DNA of 35,961 nt from Myxococcales bacterium (GCA_021782135.1 JAJXVM010000001.1:1-35961); one strand, 5' to 3'. Shown: positions 16,850 to 26,085, counted from the first letter of the stretch. Notes: generated by a model from the letters alone, not told the origin. Translations and numbers: made by a program.

Positions 16850-17800
16850 CTACGCCCGCCAGGCGTCGTAGGCCGACGCGGTCCGCACGCAGCCGACGGT
16901 GCAGCCCGGGTTGCACGGCTTGGCGGTGTGGAACTGCTCCCGGAGGTCGGCGAGCGAGTAGCTCAGCAGATCGCGCTCGAAGAGCGCCCTCGCCTGGCTG
17001 CACCAGCGCACCTTCCCGAGCTCGTCCACGTACAGGTAGCGGGCCCCGGCCCGGCAGCGGAAGGGCGCCCGTCCGTCCCGGATCAGCCGGTCGCGGTAGT
17101 CCCGCGCCTCGCGCCCGGCGCGCCCGAGGAGCCGCTGGACCTCGCGGTAGACGCCGAGCTCCTCCGGCGAGAGCTTCAGCCGCCCGGCGCCGTCGTGCAG
17201 CAGGATGACCCGGGGCGTGAGGCCGTGCTCGCGGGCGAAGCGCACCACCTGCAGGGCCTCGCCCGGCGGGGCGCTGCCGACGACCCCGCTCACCACCACC
17301 TGGAACCGGCCCCGGCGGGAGAGCTCGACGAGCTTGTCGCGCAGGGGCTCGAGCACCTTCACGGTGGTGGCGCTGGGGCGGACGCCGTCCACGCTGATCT
17401 GCAGGTCGGTGAGGCCGGCCGCGTTCAGCGCCTCGATGAGCTCCGGGGTGAGCCGGTAGCCGTTGGTGATGAGCTGCCGCCTGCGGAACCCCAGCTCGCG
17501 CATGCGGGCCACGATCTCGACGAGCTGCGGGTGGAGGGTCGGCTCTCCGCCGGTGAGGCACACCACCCAGGTCCGGAGCTGGCGCAGCTTGCGCAGGCGG
17601 GCTTCGAGCGCGGCGAGCGGGACCGGAGGCGAGTCGCGGTCGTACTCGTTGCAGTACCCGCAGCTCAGGTTGCAGCGGCGGGTCACGACCAGCTGCGCCA
17701 GGAAGGGGCCGTGCGCGAGCCACTGCGTGAGCGTGAGGCGGGGCTCCGGAGCGGCCGCGGATCGCTCGGGAGGCTCGGTGGGGAGAGCTGGCCAGGTCAC
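16850..17800 (-). CDS. Radical SAM protein with C-terminal Cys-rich (SPASM/twitch-like) region
   Basis: RRCNLSCGYC, TGGEPTLH, ITNG, QISVD, CRAG...WCSQ...CNPGCTVGC. The GTG start overlaps the upstream stop (GTGA). Confidence 0.9.
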   Translation of the reverse strand: MTWPALPTEPPERSAAAPEPRLTLTQWLAHGPFLAQLVVTRRCNLSCGYCNEYDRDSPPVPLAALEARLRKLRQLRTWVVCLTGGEPTLHPQLVEIVARMRELGFRRRQLITNGYRLTPELIEALNAAGLTDLQISVDGVRPSATTVKVLEPLRDKLVELSRRGRFQVVVSGVVGSAPPGEALQVVRFAREHGLTPRVILLHDGAGRLKLSPEELGVYREVQRLLGRAGREARDYRDRLIRDGRAPFRCRAGARYLYVDELGKVRWCSQARALFERDLLSYSLADLREQFHTAKPCNPGCTVGCVRTASAYDAWRA

Positions 17801-18804
17801 GAGGCACCTCCGGTGCGCGGGGATCTTCCGAGCGACGCGCGCGCGAGCACCAGCCCGCCCCAGGCCGTCTCCGGGATCACCTGCATCATGTGGTACAGGA
17901 CGCCGAGCGCGAGCCCGCGCTCCGGGCTCACGCCCACCGCCACCGCGGCCGCGGCCGCGCCCGCCTCGAAGAGCCCCAGCTGGCCCGGGGTGACGGGGAC
18001 CGCGTTCGCCAGGTTCACGAAGAGGAGCACCAGCGTCGCGCCGGTCCAGGTGGCCGGCAGCCCGAGCGCGACCATCAGCAGCACGATCTGCGCCGCGTCG
18101 AGCGCCCAGACCACGAGGGTCTGGGCGAAGGCCAGCGCCGCGGCGCGGCGGTCGCGCAGGAGCGCGACCCCTTCGGCGAGCCGGCCGAGGAGGCCCCGCC
18201 GCGCGTCCCCGGTGATCGCGAGCCACAGCGCCAGCCCGAGCCCGAGGAAGGCGCCGGACGCGACCAGGGCGAGCACGGCCCGGGTTCGCCCCGGCAGTTG
18301 CAGCACGAAGGGGAGGGGAAGCGAGAGCAGCACGAGCGCGCAGGTGTTGAGGATCTCCTCGAGCAGCACGGCGCCGACGCCGGCGGTGACCGGCACCCCG
18401 TGCCGGCGGACCAGGAGCACCCGGAGCGCCTGGCCGCCCCGCGCCGGCAGGACGTTGTTGGCCGCGCAGCCCGCCAGGTCGTAGTCGTAGAGGGTGCGCA
18501 CGCCGATGCGGCGGCTCGGCGCGAGCAGGAGCGCGAAGCGCCACGCCTTGAGCGGATGGAGGATGACCATGTGCCCGGCGGCGCACAGGAGCACCAGCCG
18601 GTAGTCGGCGCCCGCGAGCGCGCGGACGAGCGCCGGCGCGTCCAGGTGCGAGCGGAAGAGCCAGCCGAGGGCGGCGAGGACGGCGAGCGAGAGCGTCCAG
18701 CGGCCCGCCCGGCGCCAGGCGGAGGGCGGCGTCACCTCGACGCTCGCGGCGGCGGCGCCGCTCACGCGGCCCACCCCGCGTCCGGCCCGGGCCGCTGCGG
18801 GCAC
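17797..18804 (-). CDS. Lysylphosphatidylglycerol-synthase TM domain / flippase-like membrane protein
   Basis: LKAWRF, ANNVLPARGGQALR, VPVTPGQLGLFE, multiple TM helices. Start uncertain (18804 or 18765). Confidence 0.85.
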   Translation of the reverse strand: MPAAARAGRGVGRVSGAAAASVEVTPPSAWRRAGRWTLSLAVLAALGWLFRSHLDAPALVRALAGADYRLVLLCAAGHMVILHPLKAWRFALLLAPSRRIGVRTLYDYDLAGCAANNVLPARGGQALRVLLVRRHGVPVTAGVGAVLLEEILNTCALVLLSLPLPFVLQLPGRTRAVLALVASGAFLGLGLALWLAITGDARRGLLGRLAEGVALLRDRRAAALAFAQTLVVWALDAAQIVLLMVALGLPATWTGATLVLLFVNLANAVPVTPGQLGLFEAGAAAAAVAVGVSPERGLALGVLYHMMQVIPETAWGGLVLARASLGRSPRTGGAS

Positions 18805-18905
18805 GCCTTCCGCATGTCCGCCTTAAATCAGGCGGGCGCGGCGCGCTCCACCCGGCACGAGGGGCCCTACCCTCCGGGGCACCCCTGGGCGGGATCCGCG
18901 GCGCT

Positions 18906-19616
18906 TCAGTCCCTCCGGCTCCCGAAGAGCCGCAGCAGCGCCAGGAAGAGGTTCACGAAGTCGAGGTAGAGCGCCAGCGCGCCGTTCACCGGCAGGGCCG
19001 CGCTCCCGCCGCCGGCGCGAGCCAGGGCGCGGAGCTTCTGCGTGTCGTAGGCGGCGAGCCCGGTGAAGACCACCACCGCCGCGCACGAGATCACGAACGA
19101 CAGCCCGTCGGAGCGCAGGAACACGTTCACCACGCCGGCGATGACGATCCCGAGGAGTCCCATGAACAGGAAGCTGCTCCAGCTCGACAGGTCCCGCCGC
19201 GTGACCGTCGCGAAGACGCTCATGGCGCCGAAGGTGCCGGCGGTGGTCGCGAACGCCAGCGCGACCGAGCTGCCGGTGTAGGCCAGCAGCACCACGGCCA
19301 GGGTGACGCCGTTCAGGGCGGAGTAGGCGAGGAAGAGCGCCCCGGCCGCGGCGGCCGAGAGCCGGTGCACGGCGGCGGAGAGGGCCACCACCAGGCCGAG
19401 CTCGACCAGCACCAGGCCGAAGAAGACGAAGCGGTTGCCGAAGACGAACCGGATGGCGGCCTCGGAGCCGGCGACCGCGAACGCCACCAGCGCGGTGACG
19501 CCCAGGCCGAGGGTCATCCAGCGGTAGACCGAGGCCATGAAGCGGCGCTCGACGTCGGAGGCGCCGCGCGCGAGGACCTGATCGCGAGCCGGGAAGCGGG
19601 CAGAGTCGAAGGGCAT
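18906..19616 (-). CDS. Bax inhibitor-1/YccA family membrane protein
   Basis: VYRWMTLGL, AAYDTQKLR, GALALYLDFVNLFLALLRLFG. Confidence 0.93.
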   Translation of the reverse strand: MPFDSARFPARDQVLARGASDVERRFMASVYRWMTLGLGVTALVAFAVAGSEAAIRFVFGNRFVFFGLVLVELGLVVALSAAVHRLSAAAAGALFLAYSALNGVTLAVVLLAYTGSSVALAFATTAGTFGAMSVFATVTRRDLSSWSSFLFMGLLGIVIAGVVNVFLRSDGLSFVISCAAVVVFTGLAAYDTQKLRALARAGGGSAALPVNGALALYLDFVNLFLALLRLFGSRRD

Positions 19617-19700
19617 GCCGGCAGCCTATCACGGCTGCCGGCGCGCGAGCCCGGCGCCGCCCGGGCTCAGGCCGGCGCCGGGCCGGGCGGTGCGCGGCGG

Positions 19701-20078
19701 CTACGCTCCCCGGTCCCCCTGCTCCGCGACGGCGGCCTCGATCCGCTCGCGAAGGACCACCGCGCCATTGTGCTGCTCGTCGCGGGCCCCGTACACGAGC
19801 GTGACGGTGCCGCTCCCGGCGCGCCCGCCGAGCTCCCGCAGGAGGGCGCAAGCCGGCGCGGCGCGCAGCTCGGCGTGGTACCGCCGCGCGAACTCGCGGA
19901 AGCGGGCCGGATCGTGGCCGAACCAGGTCCGGAGGGCGGGGCTCGGCGCGAGCTCCTTCGCCCAGAGGTCGAGCCGGAGCCCCTCCTTCCGCACCCCCCG
20001 CGGCCAGAGCCGGTCCACCAGGACCCGGTAGCCGTCGCCGCGGGCCGGTGGCTCGTACGCGCGCTTGATGCGGACCAT
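19701..20078 (-). CDS. DUF488 (YeaO-like) protein
   Basis: MVRIKRAYE, DGYRVLVDRLWPRGVRK, APSPALRTWFGHD, TLVYGARDEQHN. Confidence 0.92.
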   Translation of the reverse strand: MVRIKRAYEPPARGDGYRVLVDRLWPRGVRKEGLRLDLWAKELAPSPALRTWFGHDPARFREFARRYHAELRAAPACALLRELGGRAGSGTVTLVYGARDEQHNGAVVLRERIEAAVAEQGDRGA

Positions 20079-20161
20079 GGGTCCTCCTCGGGCCGCCGCG
20101 GAGCGGGACCGGACGAACGCCAGCCTACCTCGAAGACGGCGCCATCGACGCGCGCGCGGGC

Positions 20162-20746
20162 TCAGGCGCCCTTCAGGGCGCGCACCACCTCCGCCGTGCT
20201 CCGGACCCGGCCGATCCGGGGGAAGATGCGGGAGACGGTGTGCTCGTGCTCCGGCGCGGAGCGCGCCGACAGGGCGTCCTCGACGAAGACCTGGTCGTAG
20301 CCGCGCTCGTAGGCGTCGCGCGCGGTGCTCTCCACGCCGATGTTGGTGGAGATCCCGCAGAGCAGCAGGGTGCGCACGCCGCGGCGCCGCAGCTGCAGGT
20401 CGAGCTCCGTGCCGTAGAACGCGCCCCACTGCCGCTTGGTGATCAGCAGATCCGGGTCGTGCCCGGCGAGCTCGGGGACGAGCGTGGCCCAGTCCGGGGC
20501 GGTCGCGGCGCCGGTCCGCGGCGCCCCGGGGTCGAGCGCGGGGCGGAGGGCGTCGCCGCCGTCCGGGCTGGGGGTGACCCGCACCAGCGCCACCACGCCG
20601 CCCGCGGCGCGCACGGCCTCGGCGAGCCGGGCCGCGTTCGCCACCACCGCCCCCGCGGCGTGCGGCGCGGCGGGCTGCGACACGATGCCGTGCTGCAGGT
20701 CGATGATCACGAGCGCGCACGCGCGCGGGTCGAGGGTCAGCTCCAT
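20162..20746 (-). CDS. Isochorismatase-family cysteine hydrolase (YecD-like)
   Basis: ALVIIDLQ, KRQWGAFYGTELD, GISTNIGVESTARDA. Confidence 0.9.
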   Translation of the reverse strand: MELTLDPRACALVIIDLQHGIVSQPAAPHAAGAVVANAARLAEAVRAAGGVVALVRVTPSPDGGDALRPALDPGAPRTGAATAPDWATLVPELAGHDPDLLITKRQWGAFYGTELDLQLRRRGVRTLLLCGISTNIGVESTARDAYERGYDQVFVEDALSARSAPEHEHTVSRIFPRIGRVRSTAEVVRALKGA

Positions 20747-20809
20747 GCGCCGTAGGATGCGGCGGGAGTCGGCGGGCCACAAGGCGGAAACGCCGCGCCG
20801 CGGAGACCG

Positions 20810-21256
20810 CTACCTCGCGGGAGGGGGCGGCGGGGTGGCCGGGGGCGGCGGCGGCACCTCCTTGGGCGCGGCGCCGGGAGGCCTGGCGGGCGGTGGCTGC
20901 TCCTCGGCTCCCGGCGCGGGCTCCTGCTCCCCGGACGGCGGCGGAACCCGCGGCCCCCGCAGCCGCGCCGACAGCACGCGGCCGGAGTAGCCGTCGAGGA
21001 CCACCTGCGCATGGTCCCGGCCGCCGGCCCCGGCGAGGTGCACGTGCCAGCGCCCGTACCGGTCGAGCTGCATGTGGCGCGTCTCGTCCACGGTCAGCCC
21101 GCGGGAGCGCGCGAACCAGGTGGCGGCGTTGACCGCCTCCTGCGGCGTGAGCAGGCGCGGGTGCGGGTGCGCCACCACCATGCAGCCGCTCGCCAGCAGC
21201 AACGCAACCGCCGCGAGCGCGAGCCGCTTTCGAAATCCGCAGAGACGAAGATCCAC
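20810..21256 (-). CDS. Putative lipoprotein with PepSY-like domain and Pro-rich tail
   Basis: Lipobox LLLASGC, LTPQEAV, WHVHL, VVLDGYSGRVL. Start uncertain. Confidence 0.6.
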   Translation of the reverse strand: MDLRLCGFRKRLALAAVALLLASGCMVVAHPHPRLLTPQEAVNAATWFARSRGLTVDETRHMQLDRYGRWHVHLAGAGGRDHAQVVLDGYSGRVLSARLRGPRVPPPSGEQEPAPGAEEQPPPARPPGAAPKEVPPPPPATPPPPPAR

Positions 21257-21341
21257 CCGCTCCTCCCGCGCCGGTTCGAGCGCGGCACCCGGCCAGGGGC
21301 TGGCGCGCCCACTCGCCTCGAACCCGCCGACGAGGAAAAAG

Positions 21342-22736
21342 TTACCCTGCCGCGCTCCCCGGTGCCCGTCCACCGCCGCGCCTCGGGGCGCGCAGGTCCT
21401 TCCTCGCCACGCTCGCGGCCACGAGGAGGGGGTCGTAGACCGGCGCCAGCGGCGGGGCGTAGGCGAGGTCGAGCCCCTCCAGCTCGCCGAGCGTCATCCG
21501 GGCGGTGAGCGCGGTCGCGAGCACGTCGATCCGGCCGGTCACGCCCTCCTCGCCGGCCATCTGCGCCCCGAGGAGCCGGCCCGAGCCCGGCTCCGCCACG
21601 AGCACCGTCGTCACCTCCTTCGAGCCGGGGTAGGCGTGGCCGCGCGTCCGGTGGGTGGACTGGGACGAGATCGCCTCGAGCCCGGCGCGGCCCGCCTCGA
21701 CGGGCGTCACGCCGGTCCGGCCGACCTCGAGCTCGAACACCTTGAAGGCGGCGGTCCCGACGATCCCCCCGAACCGCTCGTCGCCGCCCGCGGCGTTCGC
21801 GCCGGCCGCCTTGCCCTGCTTGTTGGCGGTGGTGCCGAGGGGGATCCAGGCCGGCTGGCCGGTCACGAGGTGAAGGGCCTCGGCGCAGTCGCCGGCGGCC
21901 CAGACCCGCGGGGCGCTGGTGCGGAGCTGGTCGTCCACGCGGATCGCGCCGGTCGCGCCCAGGGCGACGCCGGCCTCCCGCGCCAGGGCGACGTTCGGGC
22001 GGACGCCGACCGAGACCAGGACCAGGTCGGCCGGGTGATCCCCGCGGTCGGTGACCACCGCGAGCCCGGCGGCGGCGCGCTCGACCCGGAGCACCGACAC
22101 CCCGGTGGCGACGGCGACGCCGTTGCGCTCCAGCTCGGCCGCGACCCGGGAGACCACGGGCGGCGAGAAGCCGGGCAGGATCTGCTCCACCTTCTCCAGC
22201 ACGGTCACGGCGAGCCCCCGCCGGCGCAGCACCTCGGCCATCTCCATGCCGATGTAGCCCGCGCCCACGATCACCGCGCGGCGGGGCGCCTCCTCGGCCA
22301 AAAACCGCTTCAGCGCCGCGCCGTCGGTGAGCTCGCGCAGCAGGAACACGCCCGGCAGCTCCAGCCCCGGCAGCGGAGGGCGGACCGCGCGCGCCCCGGT
22401 GGCGAGGACGAGGGCGTCGTAGCCGAGCTCGTAGGCGCGGCCGGACGCGAGGTCGCGCACCCGCAGCGCCTGGCGCGCCGTGTCGAGGCCCTGCGCCTCG
22501 TGACCCGTGCGCACGTCGATGCCGCGCTCGGCGCGGAACCGCTCCGCCGGGACCACCACCAGATCCTGGATGGAGCGTGCGGGGTCGGCGAGGTTGTAGG
22601 GGATCCCGCACGCACCATACGAGACGTCGGGGCCGCGCTCGAGGAGGATGACCTCCGCCTCGGGAACCCGCCGCTTCGCCTGGCTGGCGGCGCTCGTGCC
22701 GGCCGCGACCCCGCCCACCACCACGATTCGAGCCAT
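21342..22736 (-). CDS. CoA-disulfide reductase / NADH oxidase-family FAD oxidoreductase
   Basis: GGVAAG, SYGACGIPY (single redox Cys), GAGYIGMEMAE, AAGDC, PLGTTANKQG, DLAYAPP. Confidence 0.9.
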   Translation of the reverse strand: MARIVVVGGVAAGTSAASQAKRRVPEAEVILLERGPDVSYGACGIPYNLADPARSIQDLVVVPAERFRAERGIDVRTGHEAQGLDTARQALRVRDLASGRAYELGYDALVLATGARAVRPPLPGLELPGVFLLRELTDGAALKRFLAEEAPRRAVIVGAGYIGMEMAEVLRRRGLAVTVLEKVEQILPGFSPPVVSRVAAELERNGVAVATGVSVLRVERAAAGLAVVTDRGDHPADLVLVSVGVRPNVALAREAGVALGATGAIRVDDQLRTSAPRVWAAGDCAEALHLVTGQPAWIPLGTTANKQGKAAGANAAGGDERFGGIVGTAAFKVFELEVGRTGVTPVEAGRAGLEAISSQSTHRTRGHAYPGSKEVTTVLVAEPGSGRLLGAQMAGEEGVTGRIDVLATALTARMTLGELEGLDLAYAPPLAPVYDPLLVAASVARKDLRAPRRGGGRAPGSAAG

Positions 22737-23068
22737 GTCGTCCCAACCTTTCCCCGGGTGGGAGCCGCCGGGCGAGGGCCGGGTTCTCCTCGGCTCGCCC
22801 GGCGTGCGGTCAGCGGGGGGACCGGCGCCGATTCAGAGGAGGGGGCTTCCGAATGGGAGCCGGACGGTTCCCGGAAATCTCTCCGGCTCGCGGAATTTGT
22901 CCGATCTCATTTCGGAAAATTTCCGCACAGGAAAAGCCCCGACCGGGTCCGGTCGAACCCGGCGGCGCCCGATTTCCGCCCCAGTGTCCGCTGGCGCGGC
23001 CGGTGCAAAGATTTCGAGTGGACGCCCAGGACACGCGGCGTGTACCACGGGCGCTCCTGGAGAGCCCC

Positions 23069-24055
23069 GTGGCCTGGAATCGAACCGAACGTCGATGGGC
23101 AGCGCGCGGCGGTCGCGCGGGCCTCGGCTTGTTGCTGGCCTGCCAGGTCGCCTCCCTGGGCTGCGCCCACGCTCCCGCGAGCGCCCCGCCGAGCCCGAGC
23201 CCGGTCGCGCTCCGGTTCGCCTGGCCGGATGGGTTCACGGCCGAGGTGCTGGCGCGACAGGAACAGGAGTCCTGGGGCTCCGATCCGGTGCGGAGCGTGA
23301 GCCGCCGCACCCTGCTGACGGCGCGGCAGGGCCAGGACCTCGTCGTCCGCTCGCGCACCGTGCCGGGCGAGGAGGGGCGGCGCCGGCGGGCCGCGGAGCG
23401 GCTCACCGACGGGCTCGGCGAGGTGGTGCGCCGGGACGGGACGTTCGTCCGCGCCGATGGCGTCGAGGGCGCGCTCGACCTCGTGCGGCACGGAGGCGAG
23501 GTCCCGGCCGACGTCGCCCGGCGAGGCCTGGAGCGGTCGCTCGCGACCGACTGGGAGATCCTCGTCGGCGCGTGGGCCGGCCGGTCCTTCGTGCCGGGCC
23601 AGCCCCAGCACAAGCCCTTCGCCGGCAGCGTCCCCCTGATGGCGACGGCCGAGACGCGCTTCGACGTCGCGCTCACGTTCGAGGGCTGGACCCCCTGCTC
23701 CACCGAGGAGACGGAGCCGCGCTGCGTGGAGCTGCGCTACCACGCCCGGACCGCCCCGTCCGATCGGGCCGCGACCCTGGCGCGCATCGGACAGGTGATC
23801 GCCGCGACGCCGGGGAGGCCGGTGGTGCGCGAGTTCGAGGACGACCTGGACGTCACGGTCGTCACGGAGCCCGCCACCCTCGTCCCGCACCGCATCGTGG
23901 ATCGCGAATGGCTGCGGATCCGCATGCGCATGGAGGACGGCCACGAGCGCGAGGCGGAGGAGCGTTCGGAGGACGAGTACGTGTTCGCGCCATCGCCCGC
24001 ACCGGCGCCTGGGGCCGGGGCGCCGGAGCGGTCCGGCGGCGGGAGGGCGCTGTGA
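23069..24055 (+). CDS. Hypothetical lipoprotein
   Basis: GGAGAG RBS before GTG 23069, lipobox-like VASLGC, globular composition. No family recognised. Confidence 0.7.
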   Translation: MAWNRTERRWAARGGRAGLGLLLACQVASLGCAHAPASAPPSPSPVALRFAWPDGFTAEVLARQEQESWGSDPVRSVSRRTLLTARQGQDLVVRSRTVPGEEGRRRRAAERLTDGLGEVVRRDGTFVRADGVEGALDLVRHGGEVPADVARRGLERSLATDWEILVGAWAGRSFVPGQPQHKPFAGSVPLMATAETRFDVALTFEGWTPCSTEETEPRCVELRYHARTAPSDRAATLARIGQVIAATPGRPVVREFEDDLDVTVVTEPATLVPHRIVDREWLRIRMRMEDGHEREAEERSEDEYVFAPSPAPAPGAGAPERSGGGRAL

Positions 24056-24203
24056 CGGGCGGCGGCCGTCGCGGGGATCCGGCCAGGGGGGCCCGACGTT
24101 GCCCTCCACCCGGCGTGTGTTCAACGTTCACGGGAGGGGCGGTCGCCCGCCCGCCGGAGCCCCCGGCGGAGATCTGTGCGCGGCGCCGTCAAGGAGCACG
24201 GTC

Positions 24204-25049
24204 ATGCAGGCGCGCTTGTTCGCGATGACGGGAGCGCTGGCGCTCGTCGCCGCCGGCTGCGGCGGCGGCCCGTACTACGACGCCTCCTGCGATCCGACGG
24301 TCGACCCGTACTACTACGCGGACTGCGGCTACGGGTACGGGTACGGTCCCGGCGTCTACGGGGATCCGTGGGGCTACTGCGACGCATACGGCTGCTACGA
24401 CGTCGTCGCCAGCGCCAGCTCGGTGAGGAGCCCGGTCACCGGCGTCCGCCCGGAGCTGTCCGCGGTGTCGGGCACGCTCGGCTCGGTGCTGCACGCGGCG
24501 AGCGAGGTGCGGCGGGTCGCCGGAGCCGGGGTGGGAGGGGCCGACCTCGTCGGCCCGGTGGACCTCGACGCCACCACCGCGCCGGGGGTCCCGCCCGCCA
24601 CCTACCGCATCCTGCTCTCCGGCGGGACCGGGACCGGGAGCGGGGGCTCGAGCTGGCAGCTCCAGGCGAAGCCCACCGGCGCGCCCGACGGCGCGTACCG
24701 GACCGTGTTCAGCGGCGTGAGCTCCGCCGGGAGCGGGCACGCGGCGCAGGGCCAGTTCGGGGTCGACCTCGACGCCTGGAGCGCCGCGGGCGGCGGCGGC
24801 TCCGGAGGAGGTCAGGTGCTCGCGTCCTTCGCCGACCAGGGATCCGAGCAGGCGACCTCCTACCGGCTCGCGGGCTTCCGCCCCGGCGGGTCGGCGGGCG
24901 CCTTCCCGGACGAGGTGCTGACCGACACCGGGCCGTCCAAGGGTGCGACCGGCAGCGACGGCTCCGCGACTGCCGCGCTCACCGCCGCTTCGGCCGCGCC
25001 GCTCGCTCCGGCCGCCCCTCCCACCTCGATGCCCGGAGGTTCGCGGTGA
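24204..25049 (+). CDS. Hypothetical lipoprotein with Tyr/Gly/Asp/Cys-rich N-terminal segment
   Basis: AAGGAG RBS, lipobox LVAAGC. Confidence 0.75.
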   Translation: MQARLFAMTGALALVAAGCGGGPYYDASCDPTVDPYYYADCGYGYGYGPGVYGDPWGYCDAYGCYDVVASASSVRSPVTGVRPELSAVSGTLGSVLHAASEVRRVAGAGVGGADLVGPVDLDATTAPGVPPATYRILLSGGTGTGSGGSSWQLQAKPTGAPDGAYRTVFSGVSSAGSGHAAQGQFGVDLDAWSAAGGGGSGGGQVLASFADQGSEQATSYRLAGFRPGGSAGAFPDEVLTDTGPSKGATGSDGSATAALTAASAAPLAPAAPPTSMPGGSR

Positions 25050-25131
25050 TCTTTCGCGCGTCGAGCGACGATTGGGGCTGTCCTTTGAATACGGGAGGGG
25101 GCAGGCTACGTCCCATCTTCAGGAGGCGACC

Positions 25132-26001
25132 ATGAGAACCCTGCTCGTCGCGCTTGCGTCGCTGTCCTTGCTCGCCGGCCCAGCCTGGGCCCAGACGGAC
25201 GAGAGCAGCGCTGCCACTCCCCCGACCGCGCCACCGGCGTCCACGCCGCCCAGCCTGCCGGCGGCTCCTCCCCCGGCCCCGTCCACCGCCCAGCCCGCGC
25301 CCGCGGAGCAGCCCGCTCAGGTGGCGCCGCAGGCGAATGGGCAGTGGATCTACACCACGCAGTACGGGTGGGTGTGGATGCCGTACGGCCAGCAGTACGT
25401 CTCCGAGCCGGACGTGGAGGGCGAGGCGCCGTACTCCTACGTCTACTACCCGGCCTGGAGCACCTGGTGCTGGGTCTCGTCGCCCTGGGTCTGGGGTTGG
25501 GGGCCGCTGCCGTACTACGGCATCTACGGGACCTCTCGCTTCGGCTGGTATCGCGGGCCTGGCTACTACGGGCCGTGGGGCTACGCCGGCTACCGCGCCT
25601 GGGCGGGCACTTACGGCTACCGCAACGGCTGGGCCGGCGGGTACGCCTACCGAAACGGCAGCTGGTCCGGCTCACGCCCCGCGCCGCCGCACGGCTACGC
25701 GGCGGCCGGCGCCGGCTACGCGGGGGTCCAGCGTTACGGCTCCTACGGCCGGGGCCCCGGCGGCTGGCGCTCCACGACCGCGAGTCCGTACCGCGGCGGC
25801 GTGTCGGGGCCGTACCGGGGCGGCTACTCGGGCGCCTTCCGCGGGTTCTCGGGCGGCTGGCGCGGCGGGTCGGCGGGCTCCTTCCGCGGCGCGGGAGGCG
25901 GCTTCCACGGCGGCGGGTTCGGCGGAGGCGGCTTCCATGGAGGCGGCGGGTTCCACGGGGGCGGCGGGTTCGGCGGCGGGGGACACGGCGGCCACCGCTG
26001 A
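25132..26001 (+). CDS. Secreted Pro/Trp/Tyr/Gly-rich protein (DUF6600-like motifs)
   Basis: AGGAGG RBS, signal peptide ending AWA, YGWVWMPY and WVSSPWVWGW, Gly-rich tail. Confidence 0.8.
   Translation: MRTLLVALASLSLLAGPAWAQTDESSAATPPTAPPASTPPSLPAAPPPAPSTAQPAPAEQPAQVAPQANGQWIYTTQYGWVWMPYGQQYVSEPDVEGEAPYSYVYYPAWSTWCWVSSPWVWGWGPLPYYGIYGTSRFGWYRGPGYYGPWGYAGYRAWAGTYGYRNGWAGGYAYRNGSWSGSRPAPPHGYAAAGAGYAGVQRYGSYGRGPGGWRSTTASPYRGGVSGPYRGGYSGAFRGFSGGWRGGSAGSFRGAGGGFHGGGFGGGGFHGGGGFHGGGGFGGGGHGGHR
25897..25998 (+). repeat. Degenerate coding tandem repeat (GGGF/GGGFH)
   Basis: GGFHGGGFGGGGFHGGGGFHGGGGFGGGGHGGHR encoded with varied Gly codons. Confidence 0.8.
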
Positions 26002-26085
26002 ACCTCGGCGCCCTCGCGCCGGGTGACGGGCCGGGGCCGGTGGCTCCGGCCCGTCGCGTTTCGGGGGAGGCGCCGCGCCGCGCGC

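Noticed and set aside
22861-22925. CRISPR array or replication iterons
   Set aside because: The repeats are only 13-14 bp and degenerate, with spacers under 10 nt, and no cas or rep gene is nearby.
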